Positions 22,875 through 33,300 of a stretch of DNA of 64,000 nucleotides are shown here, piece by piece (the first letter of the stretch is position 1; every line of letters begins with the position of its first letter). Source of the DNA: an uncultured Bacteroidota bacterium (GTDB lineage: Bacteria; Bacteroidota; Bacteroidia; Flavobacteriales; BACL11); NCBI GenBank assembly GCA_902587125.1, contig CACIJW010000003.1:28378-92377 (forward strand), in the 5' to 3' direction. The notes beneath the pieces were generated by a model. It did not search any database and was not told the origin of the DNA. It was given only the letters and a program-made list of their open reading frames with translations. The position numbers and the translations under genes were made by a program.

Positions 22875-25800
22875 TTATCTAATTAAAGTAACAGTACCTT
22901 TCTCTCTGTAAAACTCTCCATCTATGCCTTCAGCTTCCATAATATAGAAATAAACTCCCTCAGGAAGCATTTGTCCATCATATCCTTTACCGTCCCATGC
23001 TTTTTTCTCTCCCTCCCAAGAAAATACTGTCTCACCCCATCTATTATAAATTTCTACTGTAAACACATTCATTGCATGCTCACCAAAATCATAAGTATCG
23101 TTAATTCCATCCCCGTTTGGTGTGAAGACATTATTAATTGGGTCATCAATGCCTTGGACCTCTACATTAAATGTTAATGAATCTGTGCATCCTGAATTAG
23201 TATTTTCAACTATTACATAAACAAAGTTGTTACCAACTGTATTAAATGTGTTTGTGAATATCTGTTGATTGGAATTAAAGTAAATATCAGCTGATTCATT
23301 TGGTGACCAATACCAATAATGATTAATTGGATCATTATTTATTGTAGATGTATTATCTATAAAATCAACTTGATAAGGTGCTTTTTGAGGACCGGTATAA
23401 TTTACAGAATCTACATCCGCAATAAAGAAATCAGCTGGCTCATCAAGACTAAATGTTTCTGTTATAGAACAACCATTTGCATCAGTTACGGTTACTGAGT
23501 AGTTACCCGCAGTCACATTATATATTGAACTCATATTCATTGGACCGTTGATACTACCACTCCAATTATACTGATAAATACCTCCTGAATTAGCAACACC
23601 TCCAGAAGGATTCAACTCGATCCATCCATCGGAATCTCCTTTACACGAAATATCAAATGCTCCAGGAAAATTGCTAATATCACCACTTTCTGTTGCATTC
23701 GCTAATAATTGAGTTGGTTCAATTAAAGTTATATTGCCAATTTCAGAGCATCCGTTAGCATCAGTCACTGTTACAGTATAATTACCAGCGCTTAAAATAT
23801 TTCCAGTATTTGCATTTGTTGAAACAACATTTCCTGTTGCATCAGCCCAGCTGTAATTAATAGGACTAAGTCCACCGCCATTTATTACGATTGCAGAACC
23901 GTCACTCAAACCAATACATGAGATGTTGTATGGATTTCCGCTTTGGTCTTCACCATAAAACGCGTTAGCATCAGTTGATGCAATAATTTGGTCTGGTTGA
24001 TTGACATCAACACTAAATTGCCCCTGACAACCTTTGGCATCGGTTATTGTTAATGTATAAGTTCCGGCAGATAAATTATTTGCGACAGCAGCGTTTCCTC
24101 CGCTTGGTGACCAGCTGAATGAATAGCCTGGAGTACCTCCATCAGGCTGTGATGTTACAGAGCCATCTTGAAGATTAAAGCAAGTAACATTAGAAATATT
24201 TATAAAATCATTAGTTAAAGCATCAGGTTCTAGAACATCAAAATTTTGTGTTATATCGCAACCATTAGCATCAGTTATTGTAACTGTGTAAGTTCCTGGT
24301 TGTAGATTATTTAAATTTTGACTATTTATTTGATTTGATCCTATTGGAACAGATGTTGTTGTGTCCCAAAGGAATGAAAAAGTTCCTGTCCCTCCGCTAG
24401 GATTTAATGTAATTTCTCCATCAGTATCGGTGTAACAAGTTACATCAGTTACTATTCCACCTGAAACAATTGCTGGAGGACCTGAAATTGTAAAAGGAAG
24501 AGCTACATCACATCCACTATATACTTGACCAAAATTCGCACTGTCGGAATAATGAGCAACTAAATTATAATTTCCAGGAAATAGCAAGTTTGTCGAAGAG
24601 CCGGTATCAATAGTTGATGTTATTGGATCTGTTTCCCATGTATATGTAAAAATAGGACTAGGCCCTGGCCAAGGAATCCAAGCATATCCATCATTTGAAT
24701 TGAAGCAAGTAGCATCAACAGTATTTATATTGTTATTAACTACAACCACTCCAGAATCGACAAATTCCTGCCATGTCCCACCCCACTGAACAGTTCCAAC
24801 GCAGTTATTCGCATCAGTGATATAAATACTGTGATGTCCTGTACATAAATCTTTAATTAAGGTATCTGAAATCAATTGAACCTTATTAGCTGCTGCAAAT
24901 GGGAAAGTTCCAATTTCTGAAAAATCATAGTAGTATGGCCATGTTCCACCCTCAACATCAACCCAAATTTGACCATTACATGCTCCAAAACAAGAAACAT
25001 CAGCAACGTTGTAGGTATTATATTCTAACTGGTCTGGTTGATAGAGTTCAGTATTAATAGTTACTGCGCATCCATTAGTATCAGTGATAACGCATGCGTA
25101 ACTTCCTGCATAGAGGGAAGATATTGATGAATCTGTTGAACTATAACCAGAGGGACCTGTCCATTGATAAGAATATCCTGGAACACCTCCGCTAACCAGA
25201 TTAATAGTAATAGATCCGTCATATAGTCCAAAGCATGTTACATCATTTTGTGACGTTGATACTCCTGAAGAAGTCATTGAATTAGTTATTGAATCTAAAT
25301 CAAAAGAGGTTGTTGCAATACAATTTCTATCGTCCATAACTATTACTGTATATAAATCTGCTTGTAAATTAAATGCACAAGAGCTCTGTTGACCAAGAGG
25401 ATCATTCCAAACATAATTATAAGGAATTGTACCACCAGATGCAACTGCACACAATTGCCCGGAGTTTGTTCCTGAGCAATATGAATATACTGTCATAGTA
25501 TCGTCAATTGAAACTACTAGCTGTGTAGGCTCTGTTATAACCACAGTATCTTGAGCTGTACATCCTTTACTGTCAGTGACGTATAAAATATGAACACCAG
25601 GTGTTAGATTAACAGCATTTTGACCACTCTGACCATTTATACTGTCCCAGACATAAGTGTAGGGTGATGTACCACCGGTGGCTGTTCCATATGCCATACC
25701 GTCATCGAAACCGAAACATTGAACTGGTTGAACAATTGTTGCTTGAGCAAAGATTTCAGTAGGCTGATTAATTGTAAATTCAACAATTTTTCGACAACCC

Positions 25801-28800
25801 TCCATATCTTCTATAATAATGTCATGACCTCCATAACAAAGATTATAAGCAGTATCTGGACCACTACCAAAATATGTTTGGCCATTATCCCAAAAATAAT
25901 TATGCTGTAGTACTCCACCTGTTGAAGAAAGTTGTGCAATACCATCACAACCATTAAAACATGATACATCCTGCAAGATTGAAACAAACCCTAGTATTTC
26001 AGGGTTTACATTTATAATTTCTATACTATCTCTAAGAGTACAATTGTTGGCATCAGTAAAGGTTACACCTTGCCACCCTGCCCAAAGATTGCTATTAATT
26101 TGTGTTGAATCTCCGTTATCCCATGCAAAGATATATGGGAACTGCCCACCTTGAACATTCGATATAGCCTTTCCTGTTGAATCTCCATAACAAATTACAT
26201 GCTCAAGTAAATTTACAGTTGAAGACAAAACGTCCTGGGGTTCTTCTACAAGAATCTGAGCTTGCTCTGGGCACCCAAAATTAAATGAAAAAGCACCAGG
26301 TACAGTATCAAAAACATAAAAGTCATAATTATTACTTGGCAGATTATCAAAAGTCACTGTATCTAAAATGTTATCTTGAAATGCAATTGTATCATTTCCA
26401 AGCATTAGAACTGCAATGCTGGTGCTAAATCCACCTGAAACAACAGCCGTAATTTCACCAGTTGAGTCACCTTTACAAGCAACATCAGTTTTAATTATCG
26501 TATCAATATTCAAAGGAGTAATAGATTGTAAAACTACTAAGTCCCTTTCGTAAGTACAGCCTAAGCTATCAGTAATAGTAACTTTAAAATTACCAGCTGG
26601 CAAATTTGTTGCAGTCTGGCTTGTAGACCATACGGTTCCTGATGCATCAGTCCAAATGTATTCATAATATTCATCCCCAGAATTATTTACGCCATCTGGA
26701 TTAAAAGGGAATCCACCGTTAGCATAAACTGTGGATGACGCAGTACTATCTCCGAAACATGCATATGCAGTATCTTTGCTTGGGCAAACAAGCTTATATA
26801 TCTTAAAATCTAACTGGCCTGATGATCCAATGTAATCATTGTAGATATCTTCATAGAAAAAATTAAATTGTGTTCCGTTACCTGGAACAACATATTCATA
26901 CACATGTGAGGAATTATAAAAATCATTTATTGGCCTAAGATTATTTGTTCCATTAATTGCCCAAGGATTTGATAAATGAGGAGTAGGAGGATTTTGATTA
27001 AAAATATATGCTGCGTCCATGTAATTAACAAAAAGCGTATCTCCAAAAGTTCCAGAAACTTCAACTAAGTACTCAAGTCCGGGCATTGTAGCTATAGAAG
27101 TAGTATAGCTAAATTGATTATCAAAATCCATTGAAAAAGATTCTAAAAGTATTCGGACTTTTGTTTGATTATCACCACATGCATATAGAGAATCAGGTTG
27201 CAAAATAGTTATAACAGTATCATCTGAAATACAACCTATATTATCTGAAATACTCAAAGTGTAAGAACCCTGAGGTAAATTATTGATGGTATCTGAAGTA
27301 TTTGTATTATCAATGTAGAACTGATATGGTGGAAAGCCAAAATTAGTATCAGCTTCAATCACTATTGTACCAGAGGAGTCTCCAAAGCAGGAGGCACTAA
27401 CAGATTGAATATTAGCAAATTCAAGAATGTTCAATCTCCACTGTACACTAATAGTATCTGTTTTGGAACAACCAAAATTATCCTCTACCTTAACTGTTAC
27501 AGTTTTTCCATTCGTTCCAGGATTAACAAGAGCTGTAGAAGAATCACTTATCAAATTAGGACCGAATGGAGTTAATTCGTTCCATGTGTAATTATAAATT
27601 GGGATATTCAGTTTAAGCTCATATATTTTAAACGTTAATGAACCCGTATAACTCTGGTTGTTGTTAAAGAAAATTATCTCATGTATGCCATCTCCAATAA
27701 AAGGATAATAGTATTTGTGATTCGTATTGTAAGAGTTTGGAACTGGAGTATGAGTAAAATTCCCATCAAAAGACCAATCAAGATTGGGTATGGGTGAATT
27801 AAAATTTCTGAAAGCAGCATCATATTGTAATCCAGAAAAATCAGAGTAAGTTCCTGTCACTTCTAAAAGATATGTTGTACCTACATTTAAGGTATCTGAA
27901 AACCCAAAAATATTTGGTGTATTCAGACTTCCTATATTTATAGTGATATCATTTAATAAAATTGTATCATTAGTAAGATTTCCACCAGTTGCTGCAACTT
28001 CTAATACTGTATCTTCTCCACATTCAATTAACAAAGGTTGATTGTATGCATTGGATATGATGATATCATTTGGCTCAACTAAAGAATATTGTGCAGTAAC
28101 TGGTCCATTATTATAAAAATCGTATGCGTGTAGTTCGTAATTTCCTGCACATCTGTTGGTGTAAGTAGCCACATGAGATGGGTTGTACCAAACAGATCCC
28201 AAAGAGTCAACTTTTAGGGTATCACCGTTAGAATTAAACCAATAGTAAGTGAATGGAGGAACTGAATGAATTCCAACATCAAACATCTTTGCAAAAAGTC
28301 TACCATTACAATCTCCAAAACAAGATGGATTGGTTTCAGAAATCGAATCAATGTTGAATTGTGGTGAGACATTTTGGGGATCTAAGAACAATGTATTTGA
28401 AACAGTACATCCATTAGTATCAGTTATTTGTATAGTGTATCCTCCATTAAAAGTATTGGAATACCCAAGTGATGTTTGTACGAAAACACCCTGATTTGTA
28501 AGTGGGTTACCCACAGAGTCAAGCCATAAGATGCTGTATGGAGTTGTACCTCCAGTAATAGAATCTATAGTAATAGATCCGTCCTGAGTATATGCAAATG
28601 TGGGATTAATTTGCGATGTAAATAGCTGAACTGGATCAGGCTGAGTCATTAAAATTGTATCACTAACGCAAAAAGAGGACCATGACTTGTCTTCTACTGT
28701 AACTAAATATTGTCCAGCGGCAATATTGGGAAAGATAAAAGATATGTTATTAGATTGTTGAGTACTTACAAAACCAGTTGAGTTAGATATTTCACTTAAT

Positions 28801-30314
28801 GTATATACATACCTAGGTCCGCTATATGACTGATTTCCTGATCCTATGCTATTTGTGTCAACATTTATTTGTAAAACCCCTACTCCATTATAACAATTAA
28901 TGCTATCAAAAACAGAAGCTGTAGCAATACATGGATTAAATTGAACATCAATACATTTCGAGTATGTACATGAACTTCCATCTGTGACAGTAAGACAAAA
29001 AGTGTCAGAACACAGATTGATGATACTTGAGTTAAAGCCCGAGTTTGATGAAAAAATAGTTCCATTCGTATCCCACTGAAAGGTGTAAGGAAAGTTTCCT
29101 GTTGTTGGTGTTGCAAAAATTGAACCATTACATAAAAGCGGATCTGTGACATTATTTACTGATGTATTAACTTGCAATGGAGTTAAATTAACGTCAATTG
29201 TATCTCTGGAAACACATCCTGTTGTTGTTTCTGTAACATTTAAAAAATACAATCCATTACTGTTTGAGCTAGCAAACGTTATCGTGTCATCAGTTGAAAT
29301 TAAATTCTCAATAACACCTGAACTGTTTGAAAGTTCATAATCATAAGAAAAAGATCCAGTATTCGTCATGTTCATTGTAGCCGAGAGATTTATGGACTCA
29401 TCACATACATCATAATTGGAAATGAAACTAGCATCACAAGCGTTCACAATTGTAATAGTTCCATTAACAATACATCCTGAACTATTGATAAAGTAAGAGT
29501 AGGTGCCAGCACTAAGGTTTTGTATTGTATCTCCATTAGTCCAGTTGTTTAGTGTTGAACCTGTTGATCCAGAACTCCAAAATATGCTGTAAGGCGGATT
29601 GCCACCAGATGCAGTGATAGCAACTGATCCTAAATTATTTGGACCTAAAATATTAGAGGTGTAAACAGAAGCAGATAAAGTACCTGAAGAAACAGTAAAA
29701 GTATCTATTGTTACACAGCCATTGTCAAGATTGGCAGCAGACATATAATAAGTTCCTGCTCCAATAGCTGGTAGCGAAACTGAATCAAGAATAGAATTAG
29801 CTGAAAAAAGTACACTTCCAGATGAGTTTGAAAGTGCGTAATCAATTCCAAGCGCCGGATTCAAATAACTACATCCACTAAGATTTGCTGTTAATTGGGT
29901 AGTAGTATTAATACAAAGGTCTAGTAGTCCAGAATAGGAAAACAAACCGCCAGGAGCTGAAATAAAAATTGTATCATTACTGAATGTGCCTAATCCTACA
30001 TCAATAAAAGTGAGTAGATATGTTCCTGAGGGTGCATTAAAAAAAGTATCAGCTGTAGCTGTAGTATTTGTAGGTCCGTAAGCAGGAAGATTGGTACTTA
30101 GATCTTCCCAATAAAATGTATAGTTTCCTGATCCAGGATTTACTGAAGCTACAACTTGACCATCATTTGCATTAACTGATGATGCATTAGTTATACTAAA
30201 TGTAACCTGTGCATTTGAATCAAAAAATATTAGCATAGAAAACACTAATAAAAACGATTTCAGTTTTAAAAAACTACTTCTAAATTTTAAACTCTTATTA
30301 AAAAAATTAATCAT
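22875..30314 (-). CDS. G3: giant SprB-repeat protein with PKD-like domain and T9SS type B (CHU_C / gliding-motility C-terminal) sorting domain
   Basis: 2479 aa. N-terminal signal region ...FLLVFSMLIFFDSNAQ, then dozens of SprB-like modules. Two inserted ~115-123-aa domains of unknown type lie within the array. A PKD-like module precedes the C-terminus NVFTPNGDGINDTY...IYNRWGETVF...WDGKGYDGQMLPEGVYFYIMEA...GTVTLIR. Confidence 0.85.
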   Translation of the reverse strand: MINFFNKSLKFRSSFLKLKSFLLVFSMLIFFDSNAQVTFSITNASSVNANDGQVVASVNPGSGNYTFYWEDLSTNLPAYGPTNTTATADTFFNAPSGTYLLTFIDVGLGTFSNDTIFISAPGGLFSYSGLLDLCINTTTQLTANLSGCSYLNPALGIDYALSNSSGSVLFSANSILDSVSLPAIGAGTYYMSAANLDNGCVTIDTFTVSSGTLSASVYTSNILGPNNLGSVAITASGGNPPYSIFWSSGSTGSTLNNWTNGDTIQNLSAGTYSYFINSSGCIVNGTITIVNACDASFISNYDVCDESINLSATMNMTNTGSFSYDYELSNSSGVIENLISTDDTITFASSNSNGLYFLNVTETTTGCVSRDTIDVNLTPLQVNTSVNNVTDPLLCNGSIFATPTTGNFPYTFQWDTNGTIFSSNSGFNSSIINLCSDTFCLTVTDGSSCTYSKCIDVQFNPCIATASVFDSINCYNGVGVLQINVDTNSIGSGNQSYSGPRYVYTLSEISNSTGFVSTQQSNNISFIFPNIAAGQYLVTVEDKSWSSFCVSDTILMTQPDPVQLFTSQINPTFAYTQDGSITIDSITGGTTPYSILWLDSVGNPLTNQGVFVQTSLGYSNTFNGGYTIQITDTNGCTVSNTLFLDPQNVSPQFNIDSISETNPSCFGDCNGRLFAKMFDVGIHSVPPFTYYWFNSNGDTLKVDSLGSVWYNPSHVATYTNRCAGNYELHAYDFYNNGPVTAQYSLVEPNDIIISNAYNQPLLIECGEDTVLEVAATGGNLTNDTILLNDITINIGSLNTPNIFGFSDTLNVGTTYLLEVTGTYSDFSGLQYDAAFRNFNSPIPNLDWSFDGNFTHTPVPNSYNTNHKYYYPFIGDGIHEIIFFNNNQSYTGSLTFKIYELKLNIPIYNYTWNELTPFGPNLISDSSTALVNPGTNGKTVTVKVEDNFGCSKTDTISVQWRLNILEFANIQSVSASCFGDSSGTIVIEADTNFGFPPYQFYIDNTNTSDTINNLPQGSYTLSISDNIGCISDDTVITILQPDSLYACGDNQTKVRILLESFSMDFDNQFSYTTSIATMPGLEYLVEVSGTFGDTLFVNYMDAAYIFNQNPPTPHLSNPWAINGTNNLRPINDFYNSSHVYEYVVPGNGTQFNFFYEDIYNDYIGSSGQLDFKIYKLVCPSKDTAYACFGDSTASSTVYANGGFPFNPDGVNNSGDEYYEYIWTDASGTVWSTSQTATNLPAGNFKVTITDSLGCTYERDLVVLQSITPLNIDTIIKTDVACKGDSTGEITAVVSGGFSTSIAVLMLGNDTIAFQDNILDTVTFDNLPSNNYDFYVFDTVPGAFSFNFGCPEQAQILVEEPQDVLSSTVNLLEHVICYGDSTGKAISNVQGGQFPYIFAWDNGDSTQINSNLWAGWQGVTFTDANNCTLRDSIEIINVNPEILGFVSILQDVSCFNGCDGIAQLSSTGGVLQHNYFWDNGQTYFGSGPDTAYNLCYGGHDIIIEDMEGCRKIVEFTINQPTEIFAQATIVQPVQCFGFDDGMAYGTATGGTSPYTYVWDSINGQSGQNAVNLTPGVHILYVTDSKGCTAQDTVVITEPTQLVVSIDDTMTVYSYCSGTNSGQLCAVASGGTIPYNYVWNDPLGQQSSCAFNLQADLYTVIVMDDRNCIATTSFDLDSITNSMTSSGVSTSQNDVTCFGLYDGSITINLVSGGVPGYSYQWTGPSGYSSTDSSISSLYAGSYACVITDTNGCAVTINTELYQPDQLEYNTYNVADVSCFGACNGQIWVDVEGGTWPYYYDFSEIGTFPFAAANKVQLISDTLIKDLCTGHHSIYITDANNCVGTVQWGGTWQEFVDSGVVVVNNNINTVDATCFNSNDGYAWIPWPGPSPIFTYTWETDPITSTIDTGSSTNLLFPGNYNLVAHYSDSANFGQVYSGCDVALPFTISGPPAIVSGGIVTDVTCYTDTDGEITLNPSGGTGTFSFLWDTTTSVPIGSNQINSQNLNNLQPGTYTVTITDANGCDITQNFDVLEPDALTNDFINISNVTCFNLQDGSVTSQPDGGTPGYSFSWSPSGGNAAVANNLSAGTYTLTITDAKGCQGQFSVDVNQPDQIIASTDANAFYGEDQSGNPYNISCIGLSDGSAIVINGGGLSPINYSWADATGNVVSTNANTGNILSAGNYTVTVTDANGCSEIGNITLIEPTQLLANATESGDISNFPGAFDISCKGDSDGWIELNPSGGVANSGGIYQYNWSGSINGPMNMSSIYNVTAGNYSVTVTDANGCSITETFSLDEPADFFIADVDSVNYTGPQKAPYQVDFIDNTSTINNDPINHYWYWSPNESADIYFNSNQQIFTNTFNTVGNNFVYVIVENTNSGCTDSLTFNVEVQGIDDPINNVFTPNGDGINDTYDFGEHAMNVFTVEIYNRWGETVFSWEGEKKAWDGKGYDGQMLPEGVYFYIMEAEGIDGEFYREKGTVTLIR
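22878..23132 (-). other. T9SS type B C-terminal sorting domain of G3
   Basis: The last 85 aa contain FTPNGDGIND, IYNRWG, WDG and P-x-G-x-Y-F-Y. Confidence 0.75.
26790..27158 (-). other. unknown domain, copy 2 (in G3)
   Basis: VRILLESFSMDFDNQFSYTTSIATMPGLEYLVEVSGTFGD...YMDAAY...WAINGTNNLRPINDFYNSSHVYEYVVPGNGT...SSGQLDFKIYKL. Shares an ordered set of motifs with 27612..27953. Confidence 0.6.
27612..27953 (-). other. unknown domain, copy 1 (in G3)
   Basis: NDITINIGSLNTPNIFGFSDTLNVGTTYLLEVTGTYSD...YDAAF...WSFDGNFTHTPVPNSYNTNHKYYYPFIGDGI...YTGSLTFKIYELK. Confidence 0.6.
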
Positions 30315-30347
30315 ATTATAAATTTTTCATTTTGATAAACCACAAGA

Positions 30348-33300
30348 TTAATCCATTATTAGTTTCTTGTAGAATATTTGATCTTCATCTATTTCTATCT
30401 CCACAAAATAGGTTCCTTTAGCCTTGTCTCTAGACTTTATTAAAACCTTATCTTTATTCTTTGTTTCTATTATTTCTATAACTTTTCCATATATATCCAT
30501 TACCCTTACAACTACATCCGACACTGATTTTCCTAAATCAATCGTAGCTTCATCTCTAAATGGGTTCGGATATATTTTTATCTCACTTATTCCAGCTTCT
30601 CCGATGCTTGTCTCATTAAACAATACAGAATTAGATGTCTGTGTACACCCATTAGCATCTGTTACGATTACATAATAATTCCCGCCTTGAGTTACCATGA
30701 ACGACGTACCCCCTTGTATCGAAACATTAGGATTAGAAGACTCTCTCCATGAATATGAATAAGGAGATGTACCTCCAGTTAAAGAGGACACACTAAGTAG
30801 ATAATTATTCTCAGTAACACTAATATTCAAAATATCTGGTTGCGTTACTGTAAAGGTTCTTACATCGGAACACTGATTAGCATCTAATACATTTAATGTA
30901 TAAACTCCAGCACTTAAATTATTAGCTGTACTCGAGGCTCCTCCGCTAGGTAACCATGAATATGAATATGGAGGTGTTCCTCCTGAAACTACTGTACTAA
31001 TACTACCTGTACTTGATCCAAAACAATCTACTGCGACTATCCCGTTATTTGAAATTTCAACAGCTGATAGCTCCGAAATAGTAACAGTATCTGATGATGT
31101 ACATCCTGGGTATATTAGATTTAAATTATTTGAATCAGAATAATGTGCTAATAATACATAAGTCCCAGCAATTAAGTTTGATGCTGTTGTAGTATTTGAA
31201 ACTGTAACTCCAGGATTATTTACATTTTCCCAAGAGTAAGAATAATTTGTATTATTTGTAATTGGGTTCAAAGCACTTACAGAACCAGTAGCAGATGAGT
31301 TACACAATACATTTACCACAGAAGAGAAATCAATAGATGCCGTTGTTGATAACGCAAATGGAACAGTAGTCTGATTGTTACCTCCACTGATTATAGCACT
31401 AGAGCAACCATTAGCATCAATTAATGCAATTGTATGATTACCTGAACAAACATTAGTAATTAAGCTATCGCTAGGCATAATACTTGATCCAGTATGTCCA
31501 GTTACATTATTGGTGAAAATACCTACATAAGGAGCGGTACCACCTGATAATTGTAATGAAACTGTTCCATCACAAGAACCAAGACATGTCTCAGTAGTAG
31601 AGGAATGAACACTATATAATAAATCTAATGGCTCAGTAACATGTATACTTGTATTCACCATACAATTATTTGTATCTGTAACACTGACAGAATATATACC
31701 AGCAGAGAGTTGATTGATAGTATCATTACTACCACTAAAGCCTGAAGGGCCAAACCATTGGTAAGAATAGGGCTCATGTGCTCCTGAAGCTGACACATAC
31801 ACTTTCCCATCGTTTGCACCATAACAGCTTACGTGATAACCTCCATTATACTGATTTAATGCAGTAATATGTGCATTCATTGTATTTGTAACTGTATCTA
31901 TGTCTCTAGAATCTGTAACTATACAACCTCTAGAGTCTGTAACTGTAATCGTATAGACTCCTGATAATAAACCTGTTGCTATTGCTGTTGTTTGAGGAGC
32001 AACACTATTATCATCCCATTGATAAGAATAGCCAGGTGTACCGCCAGATGCAACCGCTGTAAGTGAAGCTGTATTAACCCCTACACAATAAGCCAAAATA
32101 GTCTGTGTATCATCTATATCTACAAATAACTCATTGGGCTGATTAATAAATACTGTATCACTTGCTACACAACCTTTAGCATCAGTCACAGTAACTGTGT
32201 GTATACCTGGAGTTAATGTGTTTACAGTATCCCCTTGCTGTCCGTTTGGCAACCATGTAAAAGTGTAAGGAGCTGTACCTCCCCAAGCATATGCACTTGC
32301 CAAACCATCGTTTGCTCCATAGCAAGAAATCCACTCTATCTCACTAGCCTCCATTGACAAAGGTTCTGGCTGACTTATGTCTATACTATCTACAACTTCA
32401 CAACCTAAAGCATCTCTAGTAGTAACATAATAACTTCCAAATAGTAAACTATTTGCCGTATCTGGCATACTAAAGCCTGTATGGCCATTACTCCAAAAAT
32501 ATATGTAGGACGGAATACCTCCTGACGAAGTGACACTTGCAATACCGTCAGAATTACTATAACAACTTACATTCTGAACAACGCTAACTGTTGACTCAAT
32601 TAGAGGGTTCTCATTAATTTGAATACTATCCTTTACTGTACAACCCCAAGCGTCTGTAACAGAAACAGTATTATATCCAGCTTTCAAAGATGTGGCGATT
32701 AAATCTATTTCTCCACTTTCCCACAAATACGAATAATTAGGCATACCACCGCTAACATACATCCTAGCACTACCAACACTGTCTCCATAGCAAGCAATAT
32801 CTAAAACAGTTAATAAGCTGTCTATACTTAAACTGGTTGCAGGCTCTCCTACAGTTAATATATAATCTTCGAAACATTCCTGTGAATCATATATGTGTAG
32901 CCTGTAGGTGCCAGCAAAAAGATCTCTTAACGTATCCCTTCCCATCATAAGTCCTGTGTATCTTAAAGTATCTCCGCTAGAGCTCATCCAGTAATATTTA
33001 TATGGTGCGGAACTTCCTCCTCCATCTGCAATGATCATACCTGTGCTATCTCCTCGACAAGAAACACCGTAAACCTGTGGAGAAGCTGTTAGTGGAAGTT
33101 GTGAGGATATTACTTGTACTGTTGTAAACGTATCGCAACCGTTTGCATCCATAATCTCTACAAAATAACTACCCGTGATTAAAGAATCTACAAAATTTGA
33201 TGAGGAAATAGAAACAGTGTCACCGAAATTAAACCATTCGTAGCTGTATGGTGGCGTTCCTCCTGCTCCAGAAACTGAAGCAGTGGCTGTATTCTGACCA

